From Eledone cirrhosa (taxonomy: Eukaryota), in the NCBI GenBank assembly GCA_964016885.1, contig OZ024758.1, positions 18,848,001 to 18,912,000 on the forward strand: DNA of 64,000 nucleotides, written 5' to 3'. Positions 62,038 to 64,000 of the stretch are shown here, in pieces. The notes under the pieces are model-generated. The model had not been told where the DNA came from, ran no database searches, and saw nothing but the letters and a program-made list of their open reading frames with translations. Made by a program: the position numbers and the translations under genes. How positions within the stretch are numbered: position 1 is the first letter of the stretch; each line of letters begins with the position of its first letter.

Positions 62038-62484
62038 CTTATATGGTTCAAATATACAATGTTTACGTTGTTTGGAATGGAAAAGGAGACATACAGCTTA
62101 TGATTGGCTTTTGATATATTTTAATCTCAGCATGTTGTATTGTGGTATATTTTAATCTTAAAAGTGACTTTTATTTCTTGCTGTGTGAAAGATTCTAGCT
62201 GTGTAATCGCCTTTGTATGATGAAGAGAAAACAAACATATATTATTAGAGATTTTCATAATATTATCTCGTGTGTTTCTTTATGTTAGGATTAATAGCTT
62301 TCATCCATTACAAATCACTGCTCATATTGAGTAATCACGTAAAAACGTATGGATTAGAATAGGAGAAATGTAAATAAAATGGTGTCAAATATTATAAAAT
62401 GATTAAGGAATATGTGTTATGTTGTGGAATTAGCGACGATTTAGCTTTAGTATATATATGATATCATAATTGTATATACATACA

Positions 62485-62526
<42 letters not shown>

Positions 62527-62576
62527 TGAATGTATATACATTTATGATATCATATATATATTCATATATATATATA

Positions 62577-62692
<116 letters not shown>

Positions 62693-63049
62693 CATGGAAA
62701 GTTATATTTAAATTGTTGGGTTACAACTAGTAAATATTTATAACTGATATAAAAGCACTCAACAAGTATTTGGAGTATATTTACGATATTAAATAAATGG
62801 AAACTATATTTATAAAACCATATTTATTTCATTATATATATTTCAGGGATATCATATTAACAATATGTTGTGCCTTCCTCAGACAAAATACAATATAGAC
62901 AGTTTTATAGATAAATAGATTTGACATACCGTTCAACATCGACTTGTATTTGAAAAAGTTGATTTGGCAGTGATATGATATCCCTAAAAATATATATAAT
63001 GAAATAAATATGGTTTTATAAATATAGTTTCCATTTATTTAATATCGTA
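62693..63049. mobile_element. Family F foldback element, copy 4
   Basis: Same ends as copies 1 and 3; minus-strand core CTGAGGA..GAA-ATATATAT-A-ATGAAAT. Confidence 0.85.
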
Positions 63050-63113
63050 TATATATTTATATATATATATATATATTTATATATATTTATATATATATAT
63101 ATATATTTATATA

Positions 63114-63310
<197 letters not shown>

Positions 63311-63311
63311 T

Positions 63312-63348
<37 letters not shown>

Positions 63349-63387
63349 TTATATATATTTATATATATTTATATATATATTTATATA

Positions 63388-63447
<60 letters not shown>

Positions 63448-63450
<3 letters not shown>

Positions 63451-63637
63451 CGAAGGATATGTAGTAAGGAACCAGGTGGACCATAACGCACCAAAGTACT
63501 CAATACTTAGGGTAGTAGAGTGGGTAATAGGAACAAGTAAGACCCCGGCGGCTGAGCTCAAGCCGTTTCGACGGCTAATTCAGTACAGAATTAGCCGTCG
63601 AAACGGCTTGAGCTCAGCCGTCGGGCTCTTACTTGTT

Positions 63638-63642
<5 letters not shown>
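63448..63642. mobile_element. Family H foldback element, copy 4
   Basis: Same ends as copy 1; apex TTCAGTACAGAA. Confidence 0.9.
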
Positions 63643-63692
<50 letters not shown>

Positions 63693-63703
63693 ATCTTTAT
63701 ATA

Positions 63704-63790
<87 letters not shown>

Positions 63791-64000
63791 GTTAATTTAT
63801 ATATATATATATATATTTAATTATTTATATATTTATTTATTTATATATTTATTATATATATTTATTATATATATTTATTATATATATTTATTTATACATA
63901 CACATTACAACAGCACTCCCATAAATGTGTCCTGGACAGGTAATCACAGTGCGTATACATTTTATAGGAACATACTTTATATATATATATTTATAATATA

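Overview
AT-rich animal genomic DNA (intronic or intergenic) with no recognisable host protein-coding gene. Almost all long ORFs in the track are (TA)n/(CT)n translation artefacts. The dominant SINE resembles octopod SINEs as I recall them, so a cephalopod origin is an inference only. Ordinary content: about 14 copies of one tRNA-derived SINE (several with target-site duplications, TSDs), a second SINE family, three RTE-clade LINE 3' remnants, and Tc1/mariner, pogo-like and hAT-like MITEs. The main signal is about 30 short (75-1100 bp) inserts from about 10 mutually dissimilar families (labelled A-K here), nearly all inside or beside (TA)n tracts. They share one architecture: two head-to-head arms, one outer end at the family's tail terminus, the other at a fixed internal site, and a variable centre. 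Most families carry a minimal type-I hammerhead ribozyme (HHR) motif with a palindromic stem III. One member (52913-54050) still holds a GIY-YIG endonuclease fragment, linking the set to Penelope-like retroelements (PLEs). A local duplication provides filled and empty versions of one insertion site. All alignments and folds were done by eye; coordinates are approximate to a few bases.
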